From the NCBI RefSeq assembly GCF_963921235.1, contig NC_086108.1, forward strand, positions 42,286,001 to 42,350,000: a stretch of DNA of 64,000 nt, given 5' to 3'. The position numbers were made by a program, and so were the translations under genes. This stretch comes from Mobula hypostoma (Eukaryota). The notes under the pieces are model-generated. The model was not told the origin of the DNA. It worked only from the letters and a program-made list of their open reading frames with translations, and searched no databases. The first letter of the stretch is position 1; every line of letters begins with the position of its first letter. Shown here piece by piece: positions 50,998-62,562 of this stretch.

Positions 50998-51091
50998 AAT
51001 AACTATCTTGTATTTATGGCAGAGCTGTTTTGGTGGTTTGAGGTTGTGAAACCTCCTTTTGTACAGCCCAGATTGATTTCTCAGTTAGAAG
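50998..51091 (+). CDS. CAMSAP2: CAMSAP2 exon, CH domain end: NNYLVFMAELFWWFEVVKPPFVQPRLISQLE
   Basis: ttttttctttgcag acceptor, gtaaat donor, 94 nt phase 0/1; motif FMAELFWWFEVVKP. Confidence 0.95.
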
Positions 51092-51520
51092 GTAAATATT
51101 ACTGTTTGATGCTATGATATGTTGATGGTATTTTCAGTTGTCATTTTCTGGAGATATTGTCTGATGCAAAGAATACCCAGTGGTAGAAATTTTCTTTTCA
51201 ATCTTTTACTGTTTACCTGATGTGGTCATTCATGGCTTTGCCTGTTTTCTGTTGCCATCGAGATGTGTTGATCTTGGCTGTGGAAAAATAACACTGTCAA
51301 GCATTCCCAATTTAAATGCTTTTGTGTGACAGACCTATTAAAAGAATAAAGATAATGAAGATTCTCCCAATGTTACACAAGTAAACTATGCAGGGAGTTA
51401 ACCCATGAACAAGATCCCTGCGAATCTAAGAGGAGATAATACCTTTATTGGTAACATAGAGCAAACACACACGTTTACCATTTGTATATTTGTGCTTGCT
51501 GTAGAGACCCAAAAGCTCAT

Positions 51521-51622
51521 CAGTCCTGAAGAAGTGTCTCGGCCTGAAACATTGAATGTTTACTCTTTTCTACATAGATGCTGCCTGACCTGCTGAGCTC
51601 CTCCAGCATTTTGTGTGTGTTG
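51521..51622 (+). mobile_element. About 100-bp mini-PLE insertion beginning at a hammerhead motif
   Basis: 12-bp TSD caaaagctcatc (51510-51521, 51623-51634); cagtc-ctgaaga-agtgtctcggcct-gaaac-att-gaatg. Confidence 0.82.
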
Positions 51623-51700
51623 CAAAAGCTCATCTTAGTATTATGTGATTGTTTCTGCTTTCTGATTGTTTCTGTATTAATTATTTAACTTTATTCCTAG

Positions 51701-51806
51701 CAGAACCACTTCACACAACAAGAAATAAACCTGCTGCTTTCCTGATATCAAATGCTACCAGAAAAAGCTTCTTGGAAACTTCTCCCAACTCTGAGTCTGA
51801 TTGCAG
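51701..51806 (+). CDS. CAMSAP2: CAMSAP2 exon: AEPLHTTRNKPAAFLISNATRKSFLETSPNSESDC
   Basis: tag|cag acceptor, gtagaa donor, 106 nt phase 1/2; aligns with recalled AEPVKDMPSIPVLNAAKRNVLDSS and keeps the frame. Confidence 0.85.
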
Positions 51807-52879
51807 GTAGAATTTTGCTGAATTATTTAAGAGCATATATTTCCAGCAGGAAATAAGTAAAGCTAATCTAATTTCAACCAGATTAAGTTGCTTCAGCAGA
51901 GCTGTTAAATTAAATGATGTACACAGACTAATTTCTTAGTTTGTATATATAAACAAAGAAATTGAATTCCTGTAAGTGCTTCAAAAGACAAAATCCTTTA
52001 CAAGTGAGCAAGATGACTTTTAAATTTTATTATTTTCTGTTTGTAGCTTCATTGAAATAATTTTGTCTTAAAGACCACATTTTTGGATTTCATCATGGCT
52101 GTTATGTGCAATATTTGGCTACAGCTCAACAATACTCAATAGGCAGGCATTAATTTTGTGATTGATGAGGTGTCACTGACCAATGTAATTGCATCTGTAT
52201 TGTAATGGACACACCATTCCTATTGACAGGGAAGATGCCTCCCAGTACACAAACCCATCAATATAAAATAGGAGTCTTAGACATCACGGTGAATGTTCTC
52301 AACCCCGATAAAACTATAATCACTAAAGTTAGTCCATTTTCAATGCACAATACTCCAAATATGTATGGTTCTGCATTGTGCAAAATCAGACATCTTCGTG
52401 GCCATCAGATAAAGGTATGCAACTACAGTACAGAAACAAGCTGCAATCTCATCTCTTTAGTTCGCACAAATGCAAATTTGAATCCATTGAATGAAATCTT
52501 AACATGATTTGACCCTCTGTAAATTTGTTCTTATAAAAAGTTGGGTGGTCTTTCAAGATAGCACAGACACTCAGAGCTTAAAATATTATTTTGCAGTAAC
52601 ATAGCCTTGCAGTTGATTTTCATGCAGTACTAATGAATTCAGCTCCTTTTTGGTCTTGGTTATAGCAGTGATTGAATTGGTAAGTTGTCAGGATGCCTTA
52701 TTATTTAGTTAACTGACAGTTTTGTGAGACACAAAATTAGCAGACTGTAGAAAAAGTCTTCTGTTATATAATGAGTATAAATTATGCATTTATAATTCTG
52801 CTTGCAATGAATGTATTGGAAAAACTTGCTTCTACCTCAACAAATTCATAGTCTGACTACGAAATTGCTTCCTTTCCAG

Positions 52880-52962
52880 CAAAGGGAGTCCAACGTTTTT
52901 ACCATCACAGCCACTTCTGCCTCTGCGGCATACTCAACACCGACCACATCCTTCAGATTCAG
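52880..52962 (+). CDS. CAMSAP2: CAMSAP2 exon: SKGSPTFLPSQPLLPLRHTQHRPHPSDS
   Basis: cttcctttccag acceptor, gtacaa donor, 83 nt phase 2/1, bridging the neighbouring exon phases; resembles SGEGATFTQSHHHLPSRYSRPQAHSSAS. Confidence 0.85.
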
Positions 52963-53534
52963 GTACAAAAATGTGTTGCATACTTTTGCAGTATCTAATT
53001 GAATTCCTTTTGTTGGGTTCCAAATCTATAGTACTATCAGTAAATCTGTTAAACTCCATATTTTACACTTCCAGCAGATGTAACTGGATTAGAACAGTGA
53101 CAGGAATTGGGTTGCTTGATGCACCCTTAATTGGAGGCATGGCTGAGGTTGAGGCGGAACAAGTGTTTTTTGAAAATTGGCAAAAATTCTTTTCATTTGT
53201 ATATTTTGTCCCCAATTACAAAATCCAGAGCCCTTCACTGTTTTTTTAAATTTTTATTGAAGGAATGACACAATACAGAATACATAATGCATTACATTTT
53301 CCTCCATTTTGTTTTATATCTTACTCCTAAACAAAAATCCCCTCACCCACCCTCCCCCGAACATACCATGACAGCTAATATAGTTACAATACAACACTTC
53401 ACAAGTACAAGTACGGACATTTCACAGCCATACCCCCACATTCCTTCAAGACGAAGGCCCACACACATCCACAATGTGTCAGATGATCCAGAATACACTC
53501 ATATTACAATGACCAACCACCCTATGAGGTAAAC

Positions 53535-54316
53535 CAGGGGTCCCCAACCTTTCTTGCACCGCCGACCGGTTTAATATTGACAATATTCTTGCGGACTGGC
53601 TGACCGGGGGGCGGCGGTGGGGTGGGGGGGTGTTCAAGTAGGGTCAAACTCACCTCAACATGTCTTTTACAGTTAGGGTAAAAACATGTCTTTTACAGTT
53701 AAGGGACAAAAGTAGCAGTCAAATCCCGGGACCCTTTACCCCAGGAAAGACTACCATGACCATGAAGCCTTGTGCATGGTACGCATGCGTGACGTGCACA
53801 TGTGATATACGCATGCGCATACGTGCCGATTTTCCCCCCACAAATCAGTTTTGCCTTCATCTTCCCGACTATACTGTACTTACATGATTTCTACTTTATA
53901 TAGGCTGTTTATTTATCATATCATTCCTGCTTTTACTATATGTTAGTGTTATTTATTTTCGGTTTTATGTGTTATTTGGTATGATTTGGTGGGTTATTTT
54001 TTGGGTCTGGGAACACAAAAGTTTTTCCCATATAAATTAATGGTAATTGCTTCTTCACTTCACGCCACTTCGGCATGAAAGGTTTCATAGGAACGCTCTA
54101 CCTTAGTGGGGGAAATACGGGACAAGGGCGGTTCCGTATGGGACAAACCAATTTAGCCCAGTATACGGAATGTCCCAGCAAATATGGGACAGTTGGCAAC
54201 CCTATGTTCAAGTTCAACAGTGCGTGACAGGGAATGAAGAAAGGTGCAGCTGACTCGTATCATTTCCTCACAGCCCGGTAGCACATGCTTTGCGGCCCGG
54301 TGGTTCGGGACCGCTG
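53535..54316. mobile_element. hAT (Charlie-type ends) MITE
   Basis: TIRs caggggtccccaacc / ggttcgggaccgctg; perfect 8-bp TSD aggtaaac (53527-53534, 54317-54324). Confidence 0.9.
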
Positions 54317-54514
54317 AGGTAAACCATATGCACGTTAAAGCCCTTCGCTATTCTTGACTGATTCTTCAACTTGTCCTAAACTCTTATTTATTCTTTAATT
54401 TATATCAACATTTCGTCATTGTTTACTCTCCATTTGTCTCAAATCTCTCAGCTTCTGCCATTTTGCTGCCACCATCTTAACCTTCCCTAACACATCAATT
54501 TCTAGGGATAAAAG

Positions 54515-54700
54515 TAAAGTGGCAGAAATGGGCAGCATCTGCAGAGAGAGGGGTGGAGAGAATTAATATTTTAGGTTGTGAAGGATCATTGACCTGAAAT
54601 GTTGAGTCTGTTTCTCTTTCTGCAAATGTAGCCTAATCTGCTGAAAATTTCCAGGTTCTTTGTTTTTACTTCAGATTTACAACATCTGTTTTCCTTTTTT
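54515..54700. mobile_element. Old inverted PLE-type terminal repeat
   Basis: ggcagcatctgcagagaga arm facing gaaggatcattgacctgaaatgtt...tctgcaaatgtagcc. Confidence 0.55.
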
Positions 54701-55729
54701 GACTTTCTATTTCCTGGCATCTCCTCACTTCCCCCAGCAGATCTAGTGGAGTATTATGAATGATACGAAATTTTTTGACATTCTAGAAATTACTAACTAA
54801 CTAACTATATCACAACTCCCAGGATCACCATGTTGGCCAGCCATTGTAAGCAACAGTTGGCTCACTTTGTTATGGATGTTAACGAGTCTTAAGCATCTGT
54901 TTCTGCTGCAGTTCAGATATCCCCACTGAAACTGATGAGTTCAAAGAGCAAATTTCACTGATTTTACTAACACTTGAATGCTAAGTAATTGATTTGTACC
55001 ACTGTTTGCTTCGATTTAAATTTGATTTATAAAGTAAACTGGCCCATCTTTGCAGAATAATGCATAATGCTTTTTCATATTAAAGTATCATTCCAACTTG
55101 CTGTTTCTGGTCTCTGGAGTTTATATTTTTAATGGTATTCCTGAACAAACAATTTGTATCAATAGTAAGTATTGAAAATTATTTGCAAGGAAATATTTTA
55201 ACCAGCTTGATGTTGTATTGTAAAATTTTCACTTCTTTTAATTCATTCTCTGAGACCACTTGGACTCTTCTGCAGGAAGAACTAAGTCTGAGATCTGCTT
55301 TATTTGCACGTGAAAATATATGGCTTATCCTCTTTACCAAGTCATTGTTGAAACATTGCTTTTTACTTCATTCTTCAACTCCCTGAAGTTCTTCAAATTC
55401 AGGTGTACTTGATCATGTCTTTTGTACAAGTAAAGCATTGGCACTTATTGATTTTTTTTTAAAAAGCCACCTGAGAACAATGTATGACACACAACCCTAC
55501 TAATGGCTTATCCAATATTGCCACAGTATGATACAAGGAGAGGGAGAAACCATTCAGCCCATTTTGCCTTTCAGTTAGCTCATGGCTGAGCTATCCTTCA
55601 ATCAGAACTCCAGAAATGAAACAAAATCTAGCAACATATCTATTTATATAACTACTTGACTATATACAGTAAAAGTCATGCCATGAAGATATAATCAGGA
55701 TTAATGGTCATTGAGTCAAAGTGAGAGAT

Positions 55730-56545
55730 AAAGCGCCTAGAAAAAAGCATTCCCCACCCTTGTAAGTTTTCATGTTTTATTGTTTCACAACATTGAATCA
55801 CAGTGGATTTAATTTGGCTTTTTTTGACACTGATGAACAACTGAAAAAGACTCTTTTGTCTCAAAGTGAAAACGGATCTCTACGAAGTGATCTAAATTAA
55901 TTACAAAGATAAAACACAAAATAATTGATTGCATAAGTATTCACCCCTTCAAGTCAGTGTTGAGTAGTTGCACCATTGGCAGCCTTGAGTTTGTGTGGAT
56001 AGGTCTCTATCAGCTTTGCACATCTGGACACTGCAATTTTTCTATATTCTTCTTTACAAAACTGCTTAAGCTCCGTTAGACTGCATGGGGATTGTAAGTA
56101 ACAGCCCTTTTCAAATCCAGTCACAAATTCTCAATTGGATTGAGGTCTGGACTCTGTCTTGGCCACTCCAGGACATTAACTTTGTTATTTTTCAGCCATT
56201 TCTGTGTCGCTTTGGCTTTATGCTTGGGGTCATTGTCTTGCTGGAAAACAGATCTTCTCCCTAGGTGCAGTGGTCTTGCAGACTGCATCAGTTTTCCTCC
56301 AGGATTTCCCTGCATTTGTTTTATCCTGTACCTTAAAAAGCCTTCCGGTGCCTGCTGAAAAGTTGTTCTTTCTTGGACTAATAATAATATGGAAATACTA
56401 GTTGTTCCAGAAGCCATTAAATTTTTGAGGTGCTATAGAGTCTTTCTCTGTTGATCTGTGTCAAAAAAGCCAAATTAAATCCACTGTGATTCAATGTTGT
56501 AAAGCAATAAAACATGAAAACTTCCGAGGGGGGTGAATATTTTGA
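55730..56545 (-). mobile_element. Internally deleted Tc1 transposon
   Basis: About 90-bp inverted ends; [13 protein letters not shown] and [14 protein letters not shown]. Confidence 0.9.
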
Positions 56546-57958
56546 TCAAATTAGGTCAAAGAGAAGGTTTTAATAGGGTGAAGAAATTATGTATGTAGTA
56601 ATAAGAGAAACCTGACAAAGTATTTGCAGCAAATCACTAAAGGTGACTGAACAATTTGAAAAACTGTCTTGTTTTGGAAATAAAAGTGAATGAATCCTGG
56701 GATTTATTTATACAGTGCAAAAGCAAAAGTGTGTGCTAAACTTGCAATGGAGGATCTGTTAGTCTCTGACGGAAGTATTGCATTGAGTTAAGGTCATGTG
56801 ACACACTTACTCTAATTTGTGTCATTAGTGTTTCAACATAAGCTCAAGGAACTACAACTGCAATTAAGGCATAATGTTGAATTAAATGAGTTCAGATGAC
56901 AAGCCTGACCAGTTTTAATGAAAGGTTGTTGACCTGAAATATTGTCTCAGATTCTGTCTTCACAGATGTTGCCTGCTCTTTTGAGTTCTTCCAGCATTTG
57001 TGTTTTTATACTGGAAAGGTCTGTGTGTTTGAGGGTACTTAAGATAATGGAGAATCAACAGCTCATATGTTCCTCTTGACGAATGGCCAAAGACGCCTGA
57101 TGGCTAGAGTCAGTGGAACATATTATTCTGTGCAGAACTGTCGGGCTGCTAGAAGGTACCGATGTAAGGAGTCAGTGGGTTTGTATAGACGATTCAGCAT
57201 GAGAATAAAAACTGGAAATAGGAGACGTTAGGGAGCCAGAATTGAGGAGCGTCAGTGAGAAAGGTGATCAATTTCGTCACTCTGTGCTAACTTAATGGAA
57301 CTTTTCTGGACAGAAGAAGGAACAGTATGATTGATTACAACAGCCTCGATTCAGAAGTATTAGAATCACAGAGGCTTGTAAATAAACTGGGATGAGTTAA
57401 GTCATGCAGAGGGAATTTGTATCCTACACAGAGATTCAGGAGGGATGTATTTTATATTAATATTTAATTTATTTTGGAATAAAATACAATGCATATTACA
57501 AAGGGCCTTAAGTTGTTCTTTTTTGGACTAATAATAATATGGAAATACAAGTTGTTCCATAAGCTGTTAAAGTTTTGAGGTACAACTTGGTATTTTTAAC
57601 AGAAAGATCGAGATTCTGACATTGTCTATGAAAAAGGCATTGCACCTACAGTAACAATCTGATAATCGGCTTTTGTATTGTTTGAAAATCTTGATTGAGA
57701 TCAGGCTTGCTTCGATCTGTTTCTCATACTTCCTTTAAATTCAATGGGACCCTGGTTTCCATGCTCCCTTTAAACACCTTAGTGGAAATTTATTACACTT
57801 CTGTGTAACATCTTAAGTAAATTAAAAATATATTGCTGTAGTAATAGGATTTATATCTAATAATGTAAGGCACTTGTCTTTCCAAGACTACCAAAGTCCT
57901 GAGGGTGTCGGATTATTTTCAATTCATAACTAAAGTTACTTAATTTTTTTCCTTTTAG

Positions 57959-58031
57959 GAAGCATGCGTCGATCTACCTCCATGTCTTATGTGGAGGGTT
58001 ATGCTGGGACTTGGCCTGAAAAGAAACAAAG
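57959..58031 (+). CDS. CAMSAP2: CAMSAP2 exon: GSMRRSTSMSYVEGYAGTWPEKKQ
   Basis: ttttttccttttag acceptor, gttagt donor, 73 nt phase 1/2; matches GIRRSSSMSYVDGFIGTWPKEK. Confidence 0.92.
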
Positions 58032-58074
58032 GTTAGTGACATTTTAAAAGGCGTTTTATTGAGGATTATCTTGT

Positions 58075-58925
58075 GTGAAATTGATCCAGTGGGGTCTTGA
58101 CATGGTAGATGCAAAGACAGTATTTTGTCCTGTTGGAGAATCTGGAAGTACTGGTCATAGTCTAAAAATAAGGGATTGCCCATTTAAGACAGAGATGCCG
58201 CAATATTTTCCAAGGGTTATGAGGCCTTGAAACAATCTTCCTTAAAAAGTGGTGGAATCAGAAGCATGCCAGATACTTGATTTAAAAAAAGGAAATGAAA
58301 AGTTACCATGGGTAGATTGGATCAAAGTTGCCGGCAGCATTTGGATCAACTAGGATTGAGTGATGAACCAGATTTAAAGGACTGAGGGACTTTATTCATG
58401 TGTTCATTTGGTTATCAATTTTTGTTAGCAGCTCTATAAAATCCTGGTTCGACCACACTTAAGGTATTATGTTATCTTCTGGTCTCCTCATTATATGAAA
58501 AATCTGGAAACTTTAGAAAGTGTGGAGAGGAGACTTGCCAGGATGAAACCTGGATTAGAGAGCATATCTTATAAGGATAGGTTGACTGAGCAAGGGCTTT
58601 TCTCTTTGGAGAGAAAGAGAATGAGAGTTGACTTGATGATCAAGATGACAGGAGGCATAGATTGAGTGGACAGCCAGATATATTTTCCCAGGATGGAAAT
58701 AGCTACTTAACTTTAAGGTGTTGGGAGGAAAGTTTGGGGGGATGTCAGAGGCAGATATTTTTTTCCACAGAAAGTGATAGGTGCATGAATATGCTGCGAG
58801 GGTGGTGGTAGAGGCAGATACAGTAGGGACATTTAGGAGGCTCTCAGGCAACTGGATGAAAGAAAAATGGAGCACTATGTGGGAGGGAAGGGTTGGATTG
58901 ATCTTGGATTAGGGCTTAGACTGTA
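58075..58925 (+). mobile_element. Old CR1 3' fragments filling most of the intron before the large exon
   Basis: Degenerate LVRPHL / ERVERRLARM / LGLFSLE coding sequence and 3' UTR motifs. Confidence 0.75.
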
Positions 58926-58987
58926 TTGTTATATGATCAATTTCTTAAAATAAGAGTATCTAATATAAGGCCTTCTTCCTTCAACAG

Positions 58988-61169
58988 ATCTTTTCCCCAA
59001 GCAGTGTCATTCAATATCTCCTTTGATACAGACAACGACATTGATTCTTCCACCAAAAATAACCTGACGATCATTAGATCAATTAGTAATGACAGTCTAA
59101 TGTCAAACATTAACAACACTCCCAAACATTCAGTTAGAAATGAATCTGTGCAGCCAATAAATGGACAGAGTAATGTAACAGAAGAAACTCATCTGTCTAA
59201 TCACAATCACGAGAAGCCAACTAAAGGCTCAGCCAAGGGGCCTGGCTCAGCAATGGACACTCTGCAAAGACGATTCATGCGGGATGCAGTATCAAATGGA
59301 CCAAAGGAAAACTGCTTTGATGTCAGAGACTATGGTAATCACAATGGGCCACCTAGTATTGAAGAGGCTCTACAAATAATTCATGATGTAGACAAGCCTT
59401 ATCTAGAACTTGAAAATGAGCAACTAGCTGATGGTTTTTTGCTACATGTTCAAAATGCTAATGATATTTCTGTGAAATCCAAAATGAATCAAACCTGCAG
59501 CTTAGATTCTATTACAGAGGTGAAGGGTGCTACAAGTCCCTTGACTGATAATACTGAGGCGGACACAGGGATCCATGTTCCATCTGAGGATATTCAGGAA
59601 ACGATTGATGAAGACTTTTCCTTGAGAGATTACACAGTTAGTATGGATTCAGACATGGAGGATACTTCCAAACTTCATGACTCTGATTTCAAGAGTGATG
59701 ATCCTAACATTTTAATTTCAGGTTCAAACTGCTTAGCTATACAAGCTGAAAGTAGCATTTCTCCTGGTTCTGCTGTTAAAATGACCAGTTTTGCCGAACA
59801 AAAATTTAGGAAGTTGAACATTCCGGATGCCAGGTTGAGCAGCAGTAGTTCCCAAAAGACCACTCCAGAGAGTTCAGAGCTCTGCACACCAGGTGTGGTT
59901 TCCAATTGCCAGATACCTGAGATAAGTCCCAACAAGCTAACCAGAGATCCTGCTCAGCTGCTGGCATCTGAAATGATTCAACTTAAAATGAAACTTGAGG
60001 AGAAACGTCGAGCCATTGAAGCTCAAAAGAAGAAGGTTGAAGCTGTTTTCACAAGACAAAGGCAAAAAATGGGTAGGACAGCTTTTTTGAATGTAGTAAG
60101 AAAGAAGGGTGATGACATTTCTACAGTGAAAGAAGAACCTGTTGGTGAACAGGAAGACAGATCTGGGTCCAGTGAGGAGAAAGACTATTTAAAACCTGAA
60201 GCAATTAGAATGATGGGCAACTCTGCAAATGGTCAAAGAGAGGGTGTTCAGTCTTCAACTTTTACAGCTGGGTCAGGAAAGCAAGTTGGCTGGAATTTAA
60301 ATAGCCCCACAGAAGAAGCATTGGGTGATGTTGACATTGTGGAATATAACAGACTAATTGAGAAAATGAATACAGCTTTGCATGCCCTACAACAAGAGAT
60401 GCAACGCTTGGCAAACCAGCAGGAATTAATAATGCAGATGAGAGAACAACAGCAACAACAACAAGCATGGGTAATTTCTCCTCCTCCTCCTCCTCAATCA
60501 TCATCGCCACAAAAGCATGTAAGAGAGCTTCGGTCTTCTTCGCGGTCAACTGGGTCACAATCTCCTTCTCTTTCCTCTTCTGGTGAATCGCCTCGTTCTA
60601 CTCAGCGATCTCCTCAAACTGTTCATAGAAGGTCTTCATACTCTCACGTTAAGAACTCAAAAACAAGGCCAAATGAGTTAAAGGTAACAGCATTAAATCG
60701 TGTACTCACACCCCCCTGTTCTGTTGACCGTCTTCCTCATCTCAGGAAGTTTGCCCTCAGCCAAACCCAGACTAGGTCATTCATTTTCCTAGGCGATGAA
60801 GAACCTGAGGACTCTTCAAAAGCAGCATGTGAAAAATCAACTAATGAGGTGGCAGTGCCACAGAAAGAGGAAGGTGAAGCGGCAAATGAAAAGCTTTTAA
60901 AAGCAGAGAAAGAGGATTATGAGCAGCCTGTAGAACCGGAAACTTCACAAGTGCCCATAGTGCCAAAAGAAAATTCTGAATCTCTTAAAGACTCTCCAAC
61001 CAAAAGAAAACATCCTGTTGACCGGACAGTAAAGGCAAGCTTAATTGAAGTTTCCCTTTCTGAACTGAAGCTGTCAGAGGAAGAAGCAGAAGCAGATGAA
61101 GCAAATAATGGCGATGCTGAAAAGGAACACTGTGAGGAACAGAAATTGTGTTGTGGATTCTTCTTTAAA
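58988..61169 (+). CDS. CAMSAP2: CAMSAP2 large central exon (2182 nt) with coiled-coil regions
   Basis: Within ORF 58926-61184; caacag acceptor (phase 2), gtaagt donor after CCGFFFK. Motifs PSIEEALQIIHD, DTGIHVPSEDI, VKMTSFAEQKFRKLN, LEEKRRAIEAQKKK, LQQEMQRL and RPNELK favour CAMSAP2. Confidence 0.97.
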
Positions 61170-62562
61170 GTAAGTGACAAATAATTTTGCTTATTTAGAT
61201 TAAATCGTATGAATTAATATTAACCAGCAGATGAGGATTGATAGTTTTCCACATGTTTTTGACACTGATACAACTCCAACAGCAACTTCTTTAATCAAAG
61301 GTCAACTTATGTCTGAAGTTGCTGTGGTGTTTTGCATGAATAGCAGTCCAATGTATTGGTTTTGTAATTTCAGTTACAATTACTTGTTTTTTGCAGACAT
61401 TGGCTGTCATAATTTCATTAAATATTGTCTATTTTTGGGGCTGCTTTCATCTGTAAAATCTCAATTCAATTCCACATGCTGTTGAAAATCTCATAGGGAA
61501 TATTCTTCCCAATTTTCTACTTAATCGTTTTCTACTTAATGCTCCCTCACATCATCCACATCCTGTTTAATTTTTTGTTTGGTCAATACCTACATTATTT
61601 GTGCTGATCTTGAAAAGCGAAGGAGTACTCAAATCAATAAGAGCCTTGAGTTCAAATGCATAAGTTCATTATCTTCATTTAGCCCTTTACAACGTCTGTT
61701 GGAATTGATGAGGAGTTTCAGAATCCAAGATGGAAAAAAAAGACTTTTGCCCAAGCTGATAAACTTAAGTGCACAATTAGGGATTTCTCCAATTAATTAC
61801 TTATTATTATTTTTTAAAATCTGGTAAAGAAACATTTCAACCCCCCTACGTTCTGAACAACCAATTCCATTCCCATCTCCTATCTTGCATTTATCTTGTA
61901 TGTTTCTTTAAAACCAGTTACCTATTGAAATGATTGTTCTGTTAATGTATGGTTAGTTGAACAATCATAAACAAATACAAATTAGATGGTCTGCCTTTTT
62001 ATGATCCAATATTCCAGCGATCACTTACTGAGGATGAACAATTATGTGCTTTTGAGTAATCTTTTCAAATAACTGTAAATTAACAACTGTCTTTTCTGAT
62101 TAGAAGCAGCAGTCACTGTTCAAGATTAAAATGTAAAACAAAAACATGTTTTTGAAATGTTCTCAATACCATTTTTATAGAGTGCAATTGCAAAGCTGCT
62201 CTAGTTTCATTAACAGTTTACTTGAATGGAGTAGATCCACCTATCACCAAATCACAAAAAAAAAATGACCAGGGTGAATAACTTGATTGGGAGTGGGCAC
62301 CTTTGATTGTTTGCTTGTATTGAGCGAAGAATTTTAATTTACCAGTCCTTTGCCCACATTTTGGTCGCAATAGTTGAAGAATCAGGATTATGGCAAAGAT
62401 TCCCTCAAGGCATTGTTACCATGCTAGTTTGAAATATATAAAAATAGAAAGTAACATTATCCTCAATAAACATGGAAATCATCATAATTTACAGACGTGA
62501 TCAGAAGTCATGATATCTATTAATTCATTACCAAATCTAATCCTTAATAGCAAAATGATCTT

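Noticed and set aside
50009..57398. Two shared short blocks (ttcagaagtatta; ataaactgggatgagtt) at about 50010-50075 and 57350-57398
   Set aside because: Spacing differs and the flanks do not align by eye; it may be an old repeat or duplication but I cannot support a call.
58926..58987. Start of the 752-aa ORF as a stand-alone gene
   Set aside because: The first 62 nt are intron read-through; CAMSAP2 similarity starts at the acceptor at 58988 and ends at the donor at 61169.
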